A stretch of 32,000 nt of DNA from an uncultured Actinomycetes bacterium (GCA_963843975.1 CAWJMG010000001.1:990001-1022000), one strand, 5' to 3'. Positions 9,148 through 19,744 are shown, counted from the stretch's first letter. A program made the numbers and translations. Notes: generated from the sequence alone by a model not told the origin.

Positions 9148-11380
9148 ATGTCCCGTAAGCCGAGCCTCGCCGCCTCCCTCTCGCGCCTCGCCCTGTTCGT
9201 CCTGGTGAGCGCGCTTGCAGGCGTGCTCGTGGCCGGCGCCGCCCTCCCGTTCGTGGGGGGTGCGGGGGTCGCCACCCGCTCGGCGATCGAGGAGCTACGA
9301 GGCACTCCCGACCCAGCTCACCGCGCCCCCGCTGCCGCAGCGCTCGCGCATCCTGGCCCGCGACGGCTCGGTGATCGCCACGATCTACGAGCAGAACCGC
9401 ATCGAGGTGCCGATCACCGAGATCGCACCGGTCATGCAGCAGGCGATCGTCGCCGTCGAGGACGGCCGGTTCTACGAGCACCGCGGCGTCGACCCGCGCG
9501 GCCTCATCCGCGCCTTCGTCGGCAACTCCGCGGGCGACGGCGTCCAGGGCGGCTCGACCCTGACCCAGCAGTACGTCAAGAACATCTTCCTGAACCTCGC
9601 GACCACGCCCGAGGAGCAGCGCGCGGCAGTGGCCCGCAGCTACACCCGCAAGCTCAAGGAGATGCGGTACGCCCTCGCGCTCGAGCGCACGCTCACCAAG
9701 GACGAGATCCTCGAGCGCTACCTCAACATCTCCTACTTCGGCGCCGGCGCGTACGGCGTCGAGGCTGCGTCCCGCCGCTACTTCAACAAGTCGGCCGCCA
9801 AGCTCACGCTCGTCGAGGCCGCCACCCTCGCCGGAGCCGTGCAGCGCCCGGTGGCGTACGACCCGACCCGCAACCCGGGCTTGTCGCAGGACCGCCGTCG
9901 CCAGGTGCTCAACCGGATGGCTGCCCTCGGCTACATCACCCAGGCGGTGGCCGACAAGACCGCCAAGATCGCCACGAAGAAGTTCCTGAAGCCGCGGCGC
10001 CCGACGAACGGCTGCACCACGTCGTACGCGCCGTTCTTCTGCGACTACGTCTACCGCACCGTGCGCAGCGACCCGGCCTTCGGCTCGACGCCGGCAGCGC
10101 GCGAAGCCCTGCTGCGCAAGGGCGGTCTGACGATCCGGACGACGCTGCTGCCCAAGGCGCAGAAGTCCGCGCAGCTCGCGGCCGACACCTACATCCCGCG
10201 CAAGGACAAGAGCAAGAAGCTCGCCGCCGTCACCATGGTGAAGCCGAGCACCGGCGAGATCCTGGCGATGGCGCAGAACCGCTCGTGGGGCACCAAGGGC
10301 GCGGGCAACACGACGTACAACTTCAACGTCGGCACGAGCATGGGCGGCAGCATCGGGGCCCAGGCCGGATCGACGTTCAAGGCCTTCACGCTCGCAGCTG
10401 CGATGGAGAAGCGGATCAACCCGCTCGAGAAGATCGTGTCGCCGCCGCGCAAGACCTTCGACGGCTTCGTGAACTGCAAGACCGGCGCGGAGTACGAGCC
10501 CTACTCCGTCGGCAACTCGACCGGCTCGGGCACGTTCAACATGCTGCAGGGCGCCGCATTCTCGGTGAACACCTACTTCATGGCGCTCGAGCAGAAGACC
10601 GGCAACTGCCGCCCGGCCGAGATCGCGGCCGACCTCGGGCTCACCAAGGGCAACGGCGACCCGCTGTTCGACGGCCCGTCGTTCACCCTCGGCACCTCCG
10701 AGGTGACGCCGCTCGGCATGTCGAGCGCCTACTCGGTCTTCGCCAACCACGGCGTCCGCTGCCAGCCGATCGCGATCGCGCAGGTGACCGACCGCGACGG
10801 CAAGGACCTGCCGATCCCGAAGGCCGACTGCCAGCAGGTCATCGAGCGCCGCGTCGCCGACTCCGTCGCCGTCATCCTCAAGGGCGTCATCGACGGCCCG
10901 ATCCAGGGCCGCACCGGTGCCGCCATGAGCCTCGGCCGCGACGCCGCCGGCAAGACCGGTACGACGAACGACTCCGCTGCGGTCTGGTTCGTCGGCTTCA
11001 CGCCGGACATCGCGACCGCCGTCGCCACCTACGACCCGCGCGGCCAGTACAAGTTCCCGATGAAGAACCTCGTCATCGGCGGCCGCTCGTTCGCGCAGGT
11101 CTTCGGCTCCACGCTGCCCGGCCCCATCTGGAAGATGGCGATGCTCGGCGCGCTCGACGGCACGCCGTCGACCAAGTTCGACCTGAGGATCTACGACAGC
11201 CTCACCGCCGCGACGGCCTCCCCGACGCCTACCTCGTCGAGCCCCACCGCCTCGGTCTCAGGCTCGCCCACGGGCTCAGCGTCAGGCTCGCCGACGACCT
11301 CGGGCAGCCCCAGCCCCAGCACGAAGCCGACCAAGCCCCCCAAGCCCAGCACCAGCCCGCCCGCCTCCCCCTCCCCCTGA
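9148..11380 (+). pseudogene. ponA: Class A penicillin-binding protein (GT51 transglycosylase + transpeptidase, PonA2-like), interrupted by a +1 frameshift near 9295-9298
   Basis: ATG 9148 MSRKPSLAASLSRLALFVLVSALAGVLVAGAALPFVGGAGVATRSAIEE (TM anchor) in frame 1. Frame 2 continues (L/Y)EALPTQLTAPPLPQRSRILARDGS...EDGRFYEHRGVD, GGSTLTQQ (GT51 motifs), STFK, SVN, KTGT (transpeptidase motifs), then a Ser/Pro/Thr-rich tail to TGA 11378-11380. Confidence 0.9.
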
Positions 11381-11396
11381 CGGGCCGAGAGACGCC

Positions 11397-11446
11397 GATT
11401 TGGTAGTGGAAAGGCGCGCTATACGCCGCCCTTCCACTACCAAATC
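11397..11446. terminator. Bidirectional hairpin terminator between the convergent PBP and yqeY-like genes
   Basis: GATTTGGTAGTGGAAAGGCG (11397-11416) pairs with CGCCCTTCCACTACCAAATC (11427-11446). That is 20 bp with one mismatch and a 10-nt loop. Confidence 0.6.
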
Positions 11447-11463
11447 CGGGTCGTACGCCGGGG

Positions 11464-11928
11464 TCAGGCTCCGAGGGCGCTGCGCACTGCTGCGGCCACG
11501 CGACCACCGTCGGCCCGGCCCGCGATCCGCGGGGTCAGCACCTTCATGACCAGGCCCATCTGCTTCGGGTTCTCGGCGCCGCTCTCGGCGACCGCCGCGG
11601 CCACGAGGGTCGCGAGCTCGTCGTCCGACAGCTGCTGCGGCAGGTAACCCTCGAGCACGGCCAGCTCGGCCCGCTCGCGGTCGGCGAGCTCGGGGCGGTT
11701 GGCCTCGTCGTACGCCGTGGCCGACTCACGGCGCTTCTTGGCCTCGCGGCCGAGCACCGTGATGACGTCGGCGTCGGTGAGCTCGCGCTCCTCGGTGCCG
11801 CTCTTGGCCTCGTTGGTGAGCGCGGTGAGGGCCATCCGCAGCGTCGCCGAGGCGACCTCGTCCCGACCGCGGATCGCGGTGGTGAGGTCGTCGTGCAGGC
11901 GCTGGCCGAGGGTGCTGTCGGTGCTCAT
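11464..11928 (-). CDS. GatB/YqeY domain-containing protein
   Basis: 154 aa MSTDSTLGQRLHDDLTTAIRGRDEVASATLRMALTALTNEAK...ENPKQMGLVMKVLTPRIAGRADGGRVAAAVRSALGA, a typical YqeY sequence. ATG at 11928. Confidence 0.9.
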   Translation of the reverse strand: MSTDSTLGQRLHDDLTTAIRGRDEVASATLRMALTALTNEAKSGTEERELTDADVITVLGREAKKRRESATAYDEANRPELADRERAELAVLEGYLPQQLSDDELATLVAAAVAESGAENPKQMGLVMKVLTPRIAGRADGGRVAAAVRSALGA

Positions 11929-11979
11929 GGCCACATCCTCCCGTACCCCGGCACCCGAGGCAGCGGGGATACTGGTGGG

Positions 11980-12908
11980 GTGCACCTCCTCGCCCGCACC
12001 ACCCTCGCCCTCGGCGCCGCTGCCGCTGCCGGCCTCGGCTACTCCGTCGCGGAGGCCCACCGCTACACGCTGCGCCGCGAGGAGGCCCGCGTGCTGCCCG
12101 ACGGCGTCGCGCCGGTCCGCGTGCTGCACATCTCCGACCTGCACCTCACGCCGCGGCACAAGGGCCGCGCGGCCTGGGTGCGCAGCCTCGACGCGCTGAA
12201 CCCCGACCTCGTCGTCGTCACCGGCGACTTCCTGGCCCACCAGGAGGCCGTGCCCGCCGTCCTCGACGCGCTCGGGCCGCTGCTCGACCGGCCCGGCCTG
12301 TTCGTGCTCGGCTCGAACGACTACTACGGCCCCGGCGTCGTGAAGCCGTGGCGCTACCTGACCAAGCCGTCCGACCTGGACGAGCAGCGCCCACCGCTTC
12401 CGTGGCGCGACCTCGTGGCCGGGCTCACGGCCGCCGGATGGCACGACCTCGACAACGCGGCCGCCCGCGTGAAGGTCGGCGAGCTCGACCTCGACGTCCG
12501 CGGCGTCGACGACCCGCACATCGGGCTCGACCGGTACGACGAGGTGGCCGGGTCCTTCGCGGCCGACGCCGACCTGCGGCTCGGGGTCACGCATGCGCCG
12601 TACCGCCGCGTGATCGACGCGCTGGAGGCCGACGGCGCCGACCTGGTCCTGGCAGGCCACACGCACGGCGGACAGCCTGCGTGCCCTTCTGGGGCGCCCT
12701 CGTGACCAACTGCGACCTGCCCACCGCGCAGGCCAAGGGGCTCTCGCGCGTCGGGGGCGCCGACCTCGCGGGTACGCCGGGCGCAGGCGGCCCCGACGGC
12801 CGCGGCGCGTTCCTGCACGTGTCGGCCGGTCTCGGCACCTCGCCGTACGCCCCGGTGCGGTTCGCCTGCCCGCCCGAGGCCACCCTGCTGACGCTCGCCC
12901 GCGTCTGA
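11980..12908 (+). pseudogene. Metallophosphoesterase (Rv3683/YaeI-like), interrupted by a -1 frameshift (one base missing) at 12676-12678
   Basis: GTG 11980, N-terminal TM. Motifs VLHISDLHL, VVTGDF, GSNDYY, VTHAPY, AGHTHGGQ in frame 1, which then stops at 12703-12705. Frame 3 continues CVPFWGALVTNCDLPTAQAKGLSRV...FACPPEATLLTLARV to TGA 12906-12908. Confidence 0.85.
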
Positions 12909-12970
12909 GGCCCGCCCGATACCCGGTTTTGGCGCCCGCGTGCCCGGCACGTAGACTCACTCCGCTCCAC

Positions 12971-13095
<125 letters not shown>

Positions 13096-13185
13096 CCCAC
13101 TGATGTGGGAGGAGTTCTTCGTCGTCTCGGCCCCCCTCCCCCCGCGAGCCGAAGGCGCCCCTCTGGCCGAGACGACCAGGGTGAC

Positions 13186-13202
13186 GGTTCCTGTCACCCC
13201 GA
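13186..13202 (+). repeat. Truncated direct copy of the tRNA-Pro 3' end (T-arm/acceptor)
   Basis: TCCTGTCACCCCGA at 13189-13202 is identical to 13031-13044 of the tRNA. The preceding GGTTC (13186-13190) matches the tRNA GGTTC (13023-13027), with the T-loop AAATC missing. Confidence 0.5.
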
Positions 13203-13434
13203 AGATCAGACGCGCGGCGACAGGGCGAAGCGGCCGAAGGCCGCCGCAGGAAGCGAACCGACGACGCCGAGCGAGCCCCAGCCCACCCACTCCAGCACCA
13301 CCCACGAACCTGACAACCGAGATCCCCGTCGTCACCTGACGGCCGACACGTGTGCCGATTCAACGAAACGCGGCGTAGCGGACCTGTGACGGTGACATGC
13401 TCCCCGCCGAGGAACCGGGGAGAGGGCGATAGCC

Positions 13435-16400
13435 GTGCACGTGACAGCCACTGACGGTTCTGCGCTGCCCGAGACGAGGGTGCGTCCACGCGTCTCGTCG
13501 CGAACGGTCCTTCTCGTCGCCTCGTTCGGGGCGTTCCTCGCCTTCCTCGACGCCACGATCGTCAACGTCGCGTTCCCCAACATCCGCGAGTCGTTCCCCG
13601 AGTCCACCATCTCGACGCTCTCGTGGATCCTCAACGCGTACAGCATCGTGTTCGCGGCGTTCCTCGTCGTCTCGGGACGCCTCGCCGACCTGCTCGGCCG
13701 CAAGCGGGCCTTCATCAACGGCGTCACGCTCTTCACGATCGCGTCGGTCCTCTGCGCCATCGCGCCGAACGTCGAGGTGCTCATCGCGTTCCGCGTCGTG
13801 CAGGCCCTCGGTGCCGCGATCCTCGTGCCCGCGTCGCTCGCCCTCGTGGTCGAGGCGTTCCCCACCGAGAGGCGCGCCCACGCCATCGGCCTCTGGGGTG
13901 CGTCGGCCGCTCTCGCCTCGGGCCTCGGCCCGCCGATCGGCGGCGCGCTCGTCGAGCTCGGCAACTGGCGCCTCGCGTTCCTCGTCAACCTGCCGTTCGG
14001 CATCGCGGCCGTCGTCGCTGCCAAGCGTGCCCTCGTCGAGAGCCGGGCGCCGGGACGTCGACGCGTGCCCGACCTGCTCGGCGCCACGATCTCGGCCCTC
14101 ATGCTCGGCGTCCTCACCCTCGGCATCGTCAAGGGCGAGGACTGGGGCTGGACGAGCCCAGCGGTCATCGGCTGCTTCCTGGGCGCGGTGCTGCTCGGTG
14201 CCGCGTTCGTCGTGCAGCTCGAAGCGTCACCGCTCGCCGCTGCTCGACCCGGCGCTGCTGCGCATCCGGCCGTTCGTCGTCGGCAACATCGCGACGATCG
14301 TCGCCGGAGTCGGCTTCTACGCGTACCTGCTCACCAACATCCTGTGGCTGCAGTACGTCTGGGGCTACAGCATCGTGGTGTCGGGCCTCGCGGTGGTGCC
14401 GGGCGCGATCGTGGCCGCGATCCTCGCCTCCCGCCTCGGGCCCATCGCGCAGACGCGCGGCTACCGCCTCGTGATCATCCCGGGCGCGATCATCTGGGCG
14501 CTGGCATACGTCTGGTACGTCGCCCGCGTCGAGGTCACTCCGGACTTCTGGGGCGCATGGCTCCCCGGCCAGATCCTGTCGGGCATCGGCGTCGGCGCGA
14601 CCCTGCCGGTGCTCGGAAGTGCAGCGCTCGCAGCGGTTCCCGGCGGTCGGTTCGCGACGGCGTCCGCGGTCAACTCGTCCGCACGCCAGATCGGCGCGGT
14701 GCTCGGCATCGCGATCCTCGTGGTCATCGTGGGCACGCCGTCCCCCACATCGACGGTCGACAGCCTGCGGCACGGCTGGATCTTCTCGGCGATCTGCTTC
14801 GCGGTAACGGCGGTCGTCGCGGTGTTCGTGGGCAAGGTCGTGCCGACCACGGCCGACGACTCCGACGACGACTCCGTGCGCCCGCCGACGATCTCCCTGC
14901 CCGAGGCCGCCGCGGCTCCCGCCGCTGCTGCCACCAGCGCTCTCGCGGCCGCCCCCCTGCTCTCCCGCCTCCCCGAGGACGTGCGGGCGCGCCTGGAGGC
15001 CGGCGCCCACACGGTCGACCTCACGGCGGGCTCGCTGCTGTTCTCGGCGGGCGATCCCGCCGACGACGTGTACGTCGTCACTGCCGGGTTGCTCGACGTC
15101 GAGCAGGACGGCCGGGTCGTGCGGCAGGTCGGCGCCGGAGCGGTGATCGGCGAGCTCGCACTGCTCACCGGCGGCACGCGCTCGGCCTCGATCCGCGCGC
15201 GCCGCGACAGCCACCTGCTGCGGGTGTCGCACACGACGTTCGACGAGGTCGTCGGATCCGACCCTCGCGCGCTGCGCGCCCTCACCGGCGTGCTCGCCTC
15301 GCAGCTCCAGGACGCGGCACCGCCTGCCGCCGGACGCCCGCCGCAGCCGCGGCTCGTCGCCGTCGTGGCCCTGCACCGGGGCGCACCCGCGGCGGCCGTC
15401 GCCGACGCGATCGACGGGCACCTCGCGGCCGCGGGCCTGCGGGTCGCCCGACCGGGGCAGGTCGAGCCCGAGGCGCTCGAGCGGGCCGAGCGCGAGAACG
15501 AGCGCGTGCTCATCGTGGCCGAGGACCCGGACGCCGCGTGGTGGGCGATGGCCGTTCGCCAGGCCGACCTCCTCGTCATCGTGGCCGCGCACGACGCCGC
15601 GATCCCGGCCGAGGCACCGCTCGGTCGCACCGACGTCGACCTCGTCCTCGTCGGCCCGCCGTCACCGTCGGAGCGGGTGCGCGCATGGCAGGAAGTCCTT
15701 GCGCCGTACCGGATCACGCAGATCATGCCGCCGTTCTCGGTGGGCACGCGCGCCCTCGCCGGGCGCATCGCCGGCCGGTCGGTCGGCATCGTTATGGCCG
15801 GCGGCGGTGCGCGCGCGTTCGCGCACCTCGGCATCCTGCTCGAGCTCGAGGACGCCGGCATCCACGTCGACCGTGTCGTCGGGGCGAGCCAGGGGTCGAT
15901 CATGGCCGCGGTGCACGCGCGCGGCATCGACGCCCGCACGGCGATCGAGATGTGCCACGAGGAGTTCGTGCGCAACAACCCGTTCGACGACTACACGCTC
16001 CCGACCGCGGCGCTCGTGAAGGGCCGCAAGACCGAGAAGGCGCTGCGCCGCAGGCTCACGGGCATCGGCATCGAGGAGCTGCCGCTCCTGTTCCGCTGCG
16101 TGAGCACCGATCTGCAGTCGCGCACTCCGTACGTGCACCGCACGGGAGACCTCACCTCAGCGGTGATGGCGTCGCTCAGCATCCCCGGGATGTTCCCGCC
16201 GCGGCCGGACGGCCAGCGCCTGCTTGCCGACGGCGGCGTCCTCGACAACCTTCCCGTGCATGTCCTGACCGAGCGTGACGAGGGCCCGGTGATCGCGGTC
16301 AACATCGGCATGGGCGGCGACGCGCGGCCGCACGTAGCGGGCACGGTGCCGGCGGAGCCCAAGCGCATCCGCGTGCCGGCGATCGGCGAGACGCTCATGC

Positions 16401-16582
16401 GCTCGCTCTTCATCGGCAGCGGCGGTGCCGTCGCGTCGGCCCGCGAGGCGGGCGCGATCGTGGTGACGCCGTCGACGATGGGCGTGGGGCTGCTGGAGTT
16501 CCACCAGCTCGACCGCATGGTGGAGTCCGGCCGTCAGGCCGGTCGCGCGCTCCTTGACGAGGCCGGCGACCGCCTCACCTGA
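13435..16582 (+). pseudogene. MFS (DHA2-like) transporter fused to a cNMP-binding domain and a patatin/NTE-like phospholipase domain (Rv3239c-like architecture), interrupted by a +1 frameshift at 14220-14221
   Basis: GTG 13435 preceded by GGGAGAGGG. Frame 1 is an MFS N-half (LDATIVNVAFPNI, GRLADLLGRKR...) up to FVVQL. Frame 2 continues KRHRSPLLDPALLRIRPF plus further TM helices. Next comes the cNMP-binding fold (LLFSAGDPADDVYVVTAGLL...GAVIGELALLTGGTRSASIRA), then patatin motifs GGGARAF (oxyanion), GASQGS (GxSxG) and LADGGVLDN (catalytic Asp). TGA at 16580-16582. Confidence 0.85.
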
Positions 16583-16607
16583 CCCGGTGGCCCTGCGTCA
16601 GGTGGCG
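16571..16607. terminator. Inverted repeat spanning both stop codons of the convergent genes
   Basis: CGCCTCACCTGAC (16571-16583) and GTCAGGTGGCG (16597-16607) are inverted copies with one bulge. They overlap the stop of the fusion gene and the stop of the MBL gene. Confidence 0.4.
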
Positions 16608-17419
16608 CGGCCGATGTGGACGGTGTCGCCCTGCTTGGCGAAGGACACCCACGGCTCGTCGGCGTTGGCCTCGACCAGCCCGTCGAGGGCGTCGTCGGTG
16701 CGCGCCGGCCCGTGGTGGAACGCGACGAGACGGCGAGCACCGCACTCACGCGCCAGGGCGATCGCGTCGTCGACCGTCGAGTGGCCGTAGGCGTCCGAGA
16801 GAGCCCGCTCCTTCTCGACGAACTGCGCGTCGTGCAGCAGCACGTCGACGTCGTGGATGAGGTCCTTGACCTCGTTGCTCACCCCGGCGGACGTGATGTG
16901 GTCGGGCAGGTAGGCGAGGGAGCCGGAGTCGTCGCTCACGCGGTAGCCGAACGTGCGGCCGCCCTTGTGCTTCACCTCGGTCGCCCGGATCCGGAACCCG
17001 CCGATCTGGTGGTAGCCGGCCTCGAGCGCGGTGAAGGTCCAGGCGCCCTGGAGCCCCTCGGGCGTGATGGGGAAGTTCGGCGGCGCCATCGCGGCGGCGA
17101 GCAGGTCGCGCCCGGTGCGCGCGTTCTGCGCCGGCACGTAGAGATCGACGGCCGCGTCGGGCCGGTCGCCGGCGACGAAGAACGGGAGGCCCTGCACGTG
17201 GTCCCAGTGCAGGTGGCTCACCAGGATGGACCCCCGGTACGCCGCCCCGCCGAGCACCTTGGTCAGCTCGCGCAGACCGGTGCCGGCGTCGAGCACCAGC
17301 GCCGGCGAGTCCTCGCCGTCGTGGAACACGGCCACGCACGACGTGTGACCGCCGTAGCGGACGAAGTCCCCGCCCGGCGCGGGCGTGGAGCCTCGGACTC
17401 CTAGAAGCATCAGGCGCAC
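16598..17419 (-). CDS. MBL-fold metallo-hydrolase
   Basis: 273-aa ORF with LLGVRGSTP...GHTSC, the HxHxDH motif VSHLHWDHVQG, and later YGHST and AFHHGP. The start is GTG 17419 or ATG 17410. Confidence 0.85.
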   Translation of the reverse strand: MRLMLLGVRGSTPAPGGDFVRYGGHTSCVAVFHDGEDSPALVLDAGTGLRELTKVLGGAAYRGSILVSHLHWDHVQGLPFFVAGDRPDAAVDLYVPAQNARTGRDLLAAAMAPPNFPITPEGLQGAWTFTALEAGYHQIGGFRIRATEVKHKGGRTFGYRVSDDSGSLAYLPDHITSAGVSNEVKDLIHDVDVLLHDAQFVEKERALSDAYGHSTVDDAIALARECGARRLVAFHHGPARTDDALDGLVEANADEPWVSFAKQGDTVHIGRAT

Positions 17420-17512
17420 CGGCGCAGACTAGCCAAGCCCCGCCCGGCGCTCGGCAGAACCACCCAATGTTCGCCCCGAAGGGGACGGCGGGGCGCTGGA
17501 TAGGGTCGTCGC

Positions 17513-18007
17513 GTGACGACCTGGACCGGACGGTGCGCTAGCCGCGGACTCGTCGTGCTCAGCCTCGGCGTCGTGCTGATCATCGGGGGCATCGGCGGCG
17601 CGCTGCTCATCGCGTCCCGCGGATCGGACGTGCCTCCGTGGCTGGGCTGGCTGCTCGTCGTCGTCGCCCTCGTCGTCGGCTTCTTCGGCTTCCTCCTGTC
17701 CTCCCTGGAGGTGCGCGTCGAGACCGAGCGCGTCGTCGTGGCGTTCGGCCCGTTCGGCTGGCCGCGGCGCACGGTGGCGCTCGCCGACATCCGCGAGGTC
17801 GCCGCCGGGCAGATCGAGCCGATGGAGTGGGGTGGCTGGGGCTACCGCTGGAACCCCTCCGCGCGCGCGACCGCCGCCGTGATCCGCCGCGGCCCCGGCA
17901 TCGTGCTGGGGCTCGAGGACGGGCGTCGCTTCGCCGTCACCGTCGAGGACGCCCGCGCGGGCGCCGTCGCCGTCGGCGAGGCCCTCGAGGCCCGTCGCGC
18001 CCGCTGA
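17513..18007 (+). CDS. Two-TM membrane protein with a C-terminal bacterial PH-like region, function unknown
   Basis: GTG 17513. It has two hydrophobic helices (LVVLSLGVVLIIGGIGGALLIA, WLLVVVALVVGFFGFLLSSL), then RVVVAFGPFGWPRRTVALADIREV...GIVLGLEDGRRFAVTVEDA. Codon usage is consistent with its neighbours. Confidence 0.6.
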   Translation: MTTWTGRCASRGLVVLSLGVVLIIGGIGGALLIASRGSDVPPWLGWLLVVVALVVGFFGFLLSSLEVRVETERVVVAFGPFGWPRRTVALADIREVAAGQIEPMEWGGWGYRWNPSARATAAVIRRGPGIVLGLEDGRRFAVTVEDARAGAVAVGEALEARRAR

Positions 18008-18022
18008 CGCCGCCGCGGCGCG

Positions 18023-19744
18023 TCAGGTGAACGTGTAGTAGATCCAGCCGCTCGACCCGGACGAGCTGAAGGCCCCTGCGCCCGTCGAGGCCATCATGCG
18101 ACCGCGCCCGACTCCGCCGTTCGTGAAGAGCGTGGCGAAGGCCTGCGAGGAGAAGTCGAGCGTCGCGCAGGCCAGCGTGGACGTCGTCTGCCACGTCGAC
18201 CCGTTGAGCCGCTGCGCGACGAGGTCGACGCATCCACCGGGCTTTGCGGGCGTGACCAGCACCGAGATGTCGGGGTTGGTGCCCGCGCGGAAGAGGTAGC
18301 CGGAGCCGGAGCGGCCATAGGCGCCACCCATCCGCACCGTCACCTTCGCCCTCACGTTGACGGTGCGCGCCCTGCCGACGGGCAGGTAGCGGTAGTCGCC
18401 GGCGAACTTCACCGAGTAGATGGTCTTCACGGTCACCGGCATCGAGACGACGAGGTTTCCGCTGGCATTCACCTTGCCCGCCTTGACCATCCGGGCGGCA
18501 CCGCCGTTGAGCTTGCGGGCGTAGATCGCGACGGCCCGGTTGTTGTACGTCGTCCCGAGGTGCACCTTCACGACCGCCCGGCCGCCGTACGCGTAGACGC
18601 TCTTGTCGCTCGTGATGGTGATGCTTGTCGAGGCGCGCGACACGGTGACGCTGCGCTTGGCCGTGACCGAGCTCCGGTCCATGTCGCCCGCCCAGCTCGC
18701 CGTCCACGCGACCGGACCGCCTACGGTCGGGACGTCCTTGTACGAGAACCTGCCGGTGGAACTGGTCTTCACGTACAGCGTGCGCTTGCCGGACAGCCCG
18801 GTGCGCGTGATCGTCACGGTGGCCGACGGCACCGCGGCACCGCCGCTCGTCAGGGTGCCCGTGAGCGTGTACGAGTGCCCTCGCGCGACGGTCGTCGGTG
18901 CGCTCAGGGCGAGGACGCTCGCCGCCTTCACCGCACTGACGCTGATCGACGTGGTCGCGGCGTAGTGAGAGGCGTCCCCGGCGTACTCGACCGTGTAGGT
19001 CCGTGCCGCGGTCCCGATCGTGTCGTCGACCGACCAGGTGCCGTCGACGCCGGTGGTCGCCGGGAACGACGTCGTCCCGCCGGTGCCGTCCGGGCGCGAC
19101 ACGGTGACGGAGGCACCCGCGAGCGGGCCGACGGCATCGGCCAGCGTGCCCGACACGGTGACCGGGCCGTTGACCCGCGCCGTCGGCGGCGTGGTCGAGG
19201 TGAGCGTCGAGGGGGACTTGGTCGCGTTGTAGGCGATGGTCCCGCGGTTGGCGGACGCCCCTCCCTCGCAGTGGTTCTCGAACGTCGCGGCGAAGCGGGT
19301 CACCTCGCCGGTCCCGGCGTCCTTCTCGATCTCGAGCACGGTGAACGAACCCGTGACCGTGTTGCAGCCGCGGCTGTCGCCGTAGACGTCGAGGCCCGGG
19401 TGGGGCGGCGTCGCGAACGGCGCCCTCTGGGCATCCGTGTACGTCGTACCGGCGACGAAGTCCTCGCCCTCGGGCGCCCGGAGGTCGACGGTCCAGTACT
19501 GGACGTAGGCGCCCTGCAGCACGAAGAAGCTCGCCGTGCTCGCCGTGAGGTTCGGCGTGAAGGTCGCGTTGGCCTCGGTGAACGAGTACGCGGCGCCACC
19601 GGTGACGTAGTCGCCGGCGTCCCCGTCCATCACGAGGTAGGTGTAGCCCGTAACCGCCTGCGCCGGTGAGGCGGCGGCGAGGCCGCCGATCAGAAGCGCC
19701 CCGGCGGCGACGACGGACACGGCTGCGCGACGACGCGACGACAT
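18023..19744 (-). CDS. Large secreted protein with Ig-like/beta-sandwich repeats, function unknown
   Basis: 573-aa uninterrupted ORF. Signal peptide MSSRRRAAVSVVAAGALLIGGLAAASPAQA. Thr/Ser/Val/Gly-rich beta-type composition with recurring TVT/VTVS strands (for example TYTVEYAGDASHYAATT, HSYTLTGTLTSGG). Confidence 0.75.
   Translation of the reverse strand: MSSRRRAAVSVVAAGALLIGGLAAASPAQAVTGYTYLVMDGDAGDYVTGGAAYSFTEANATFTPNLTASTASFFVLQGAYVQYWTVDLRAPEGEDFVAGTTYTDAQRAPFATPPHPGLDVYGDSRGCNTVTGSFTVLEIEKDAGTGEVTRFAATFENHCEGGASANRGTIAYNATKSPSTLTSTTPPTARVNGPVTVSGTLADAVGPLAGASVTVSRPDGTGGTTSFPATTGVDGTWSVDDTIGTAARTYTVEYAGDASHYAATTSISVSAVKAASVLALSAPTTVARGHSYTLTGTLTSGGAAVPSATVTITRTGLSGKRTLYVKTSSTGRFSYKDVPTVGGPVAWTASWAGDMDRSSVTAKRSVTVSRASTSITITSDKSVYAYGGRAVVKVHLGTTYNNRAVAIYARKLNGGAARMVKAGKVNASGNLVVSMPVTVKTIYSVKFAGDYRYLPVGRARTVNVRAKVTVRMGGAYGRSGSGYLFRAGTNPDISVLVTPAKPGGCVDLVAQRLNGSTWQTTSTLACATLDFSSQAFATLFTNGGVGRGRMMASTGAGAFSSSGSSGWIYYTFT

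Noticed and set aside
9002-10750. 582-aa antisense ORF opposite the PBP gene
   Set aside because: The translation is Arg/Gly/Ala/Val/Asp-rich low-complexity with no motifs, while the sense strand carries complete GT51 and transpeptidase motifs. Long stop-free antisense frames are expected at this GC content. The same reasoning rejects 3787-5364, 4181-5320, 4704-5921, 6218-7270, 7274-8380, 14165-15592, 14461-15978, 18560-19669, 19743-20963, 20816-22078, 24156-25925, 26028-27353, 27016-28758, 27308-28804 and 27422-29176.
13435-16582. cNMP-binding + patatin read as a CBASS-type (CapV-like) anti-phage effector
   Set aside because: There is no CD-NTase/cyclase, no E1/E2/JAB accessory genes and no other defence genes nearby. 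The nucleotide-binding domain is the CAP/NTE type rather than a SAVED/STING-type sensor. The fusion to an MFS permease matches a conserved actinobacterial housekeeping-type protein (Rv3239c-like).
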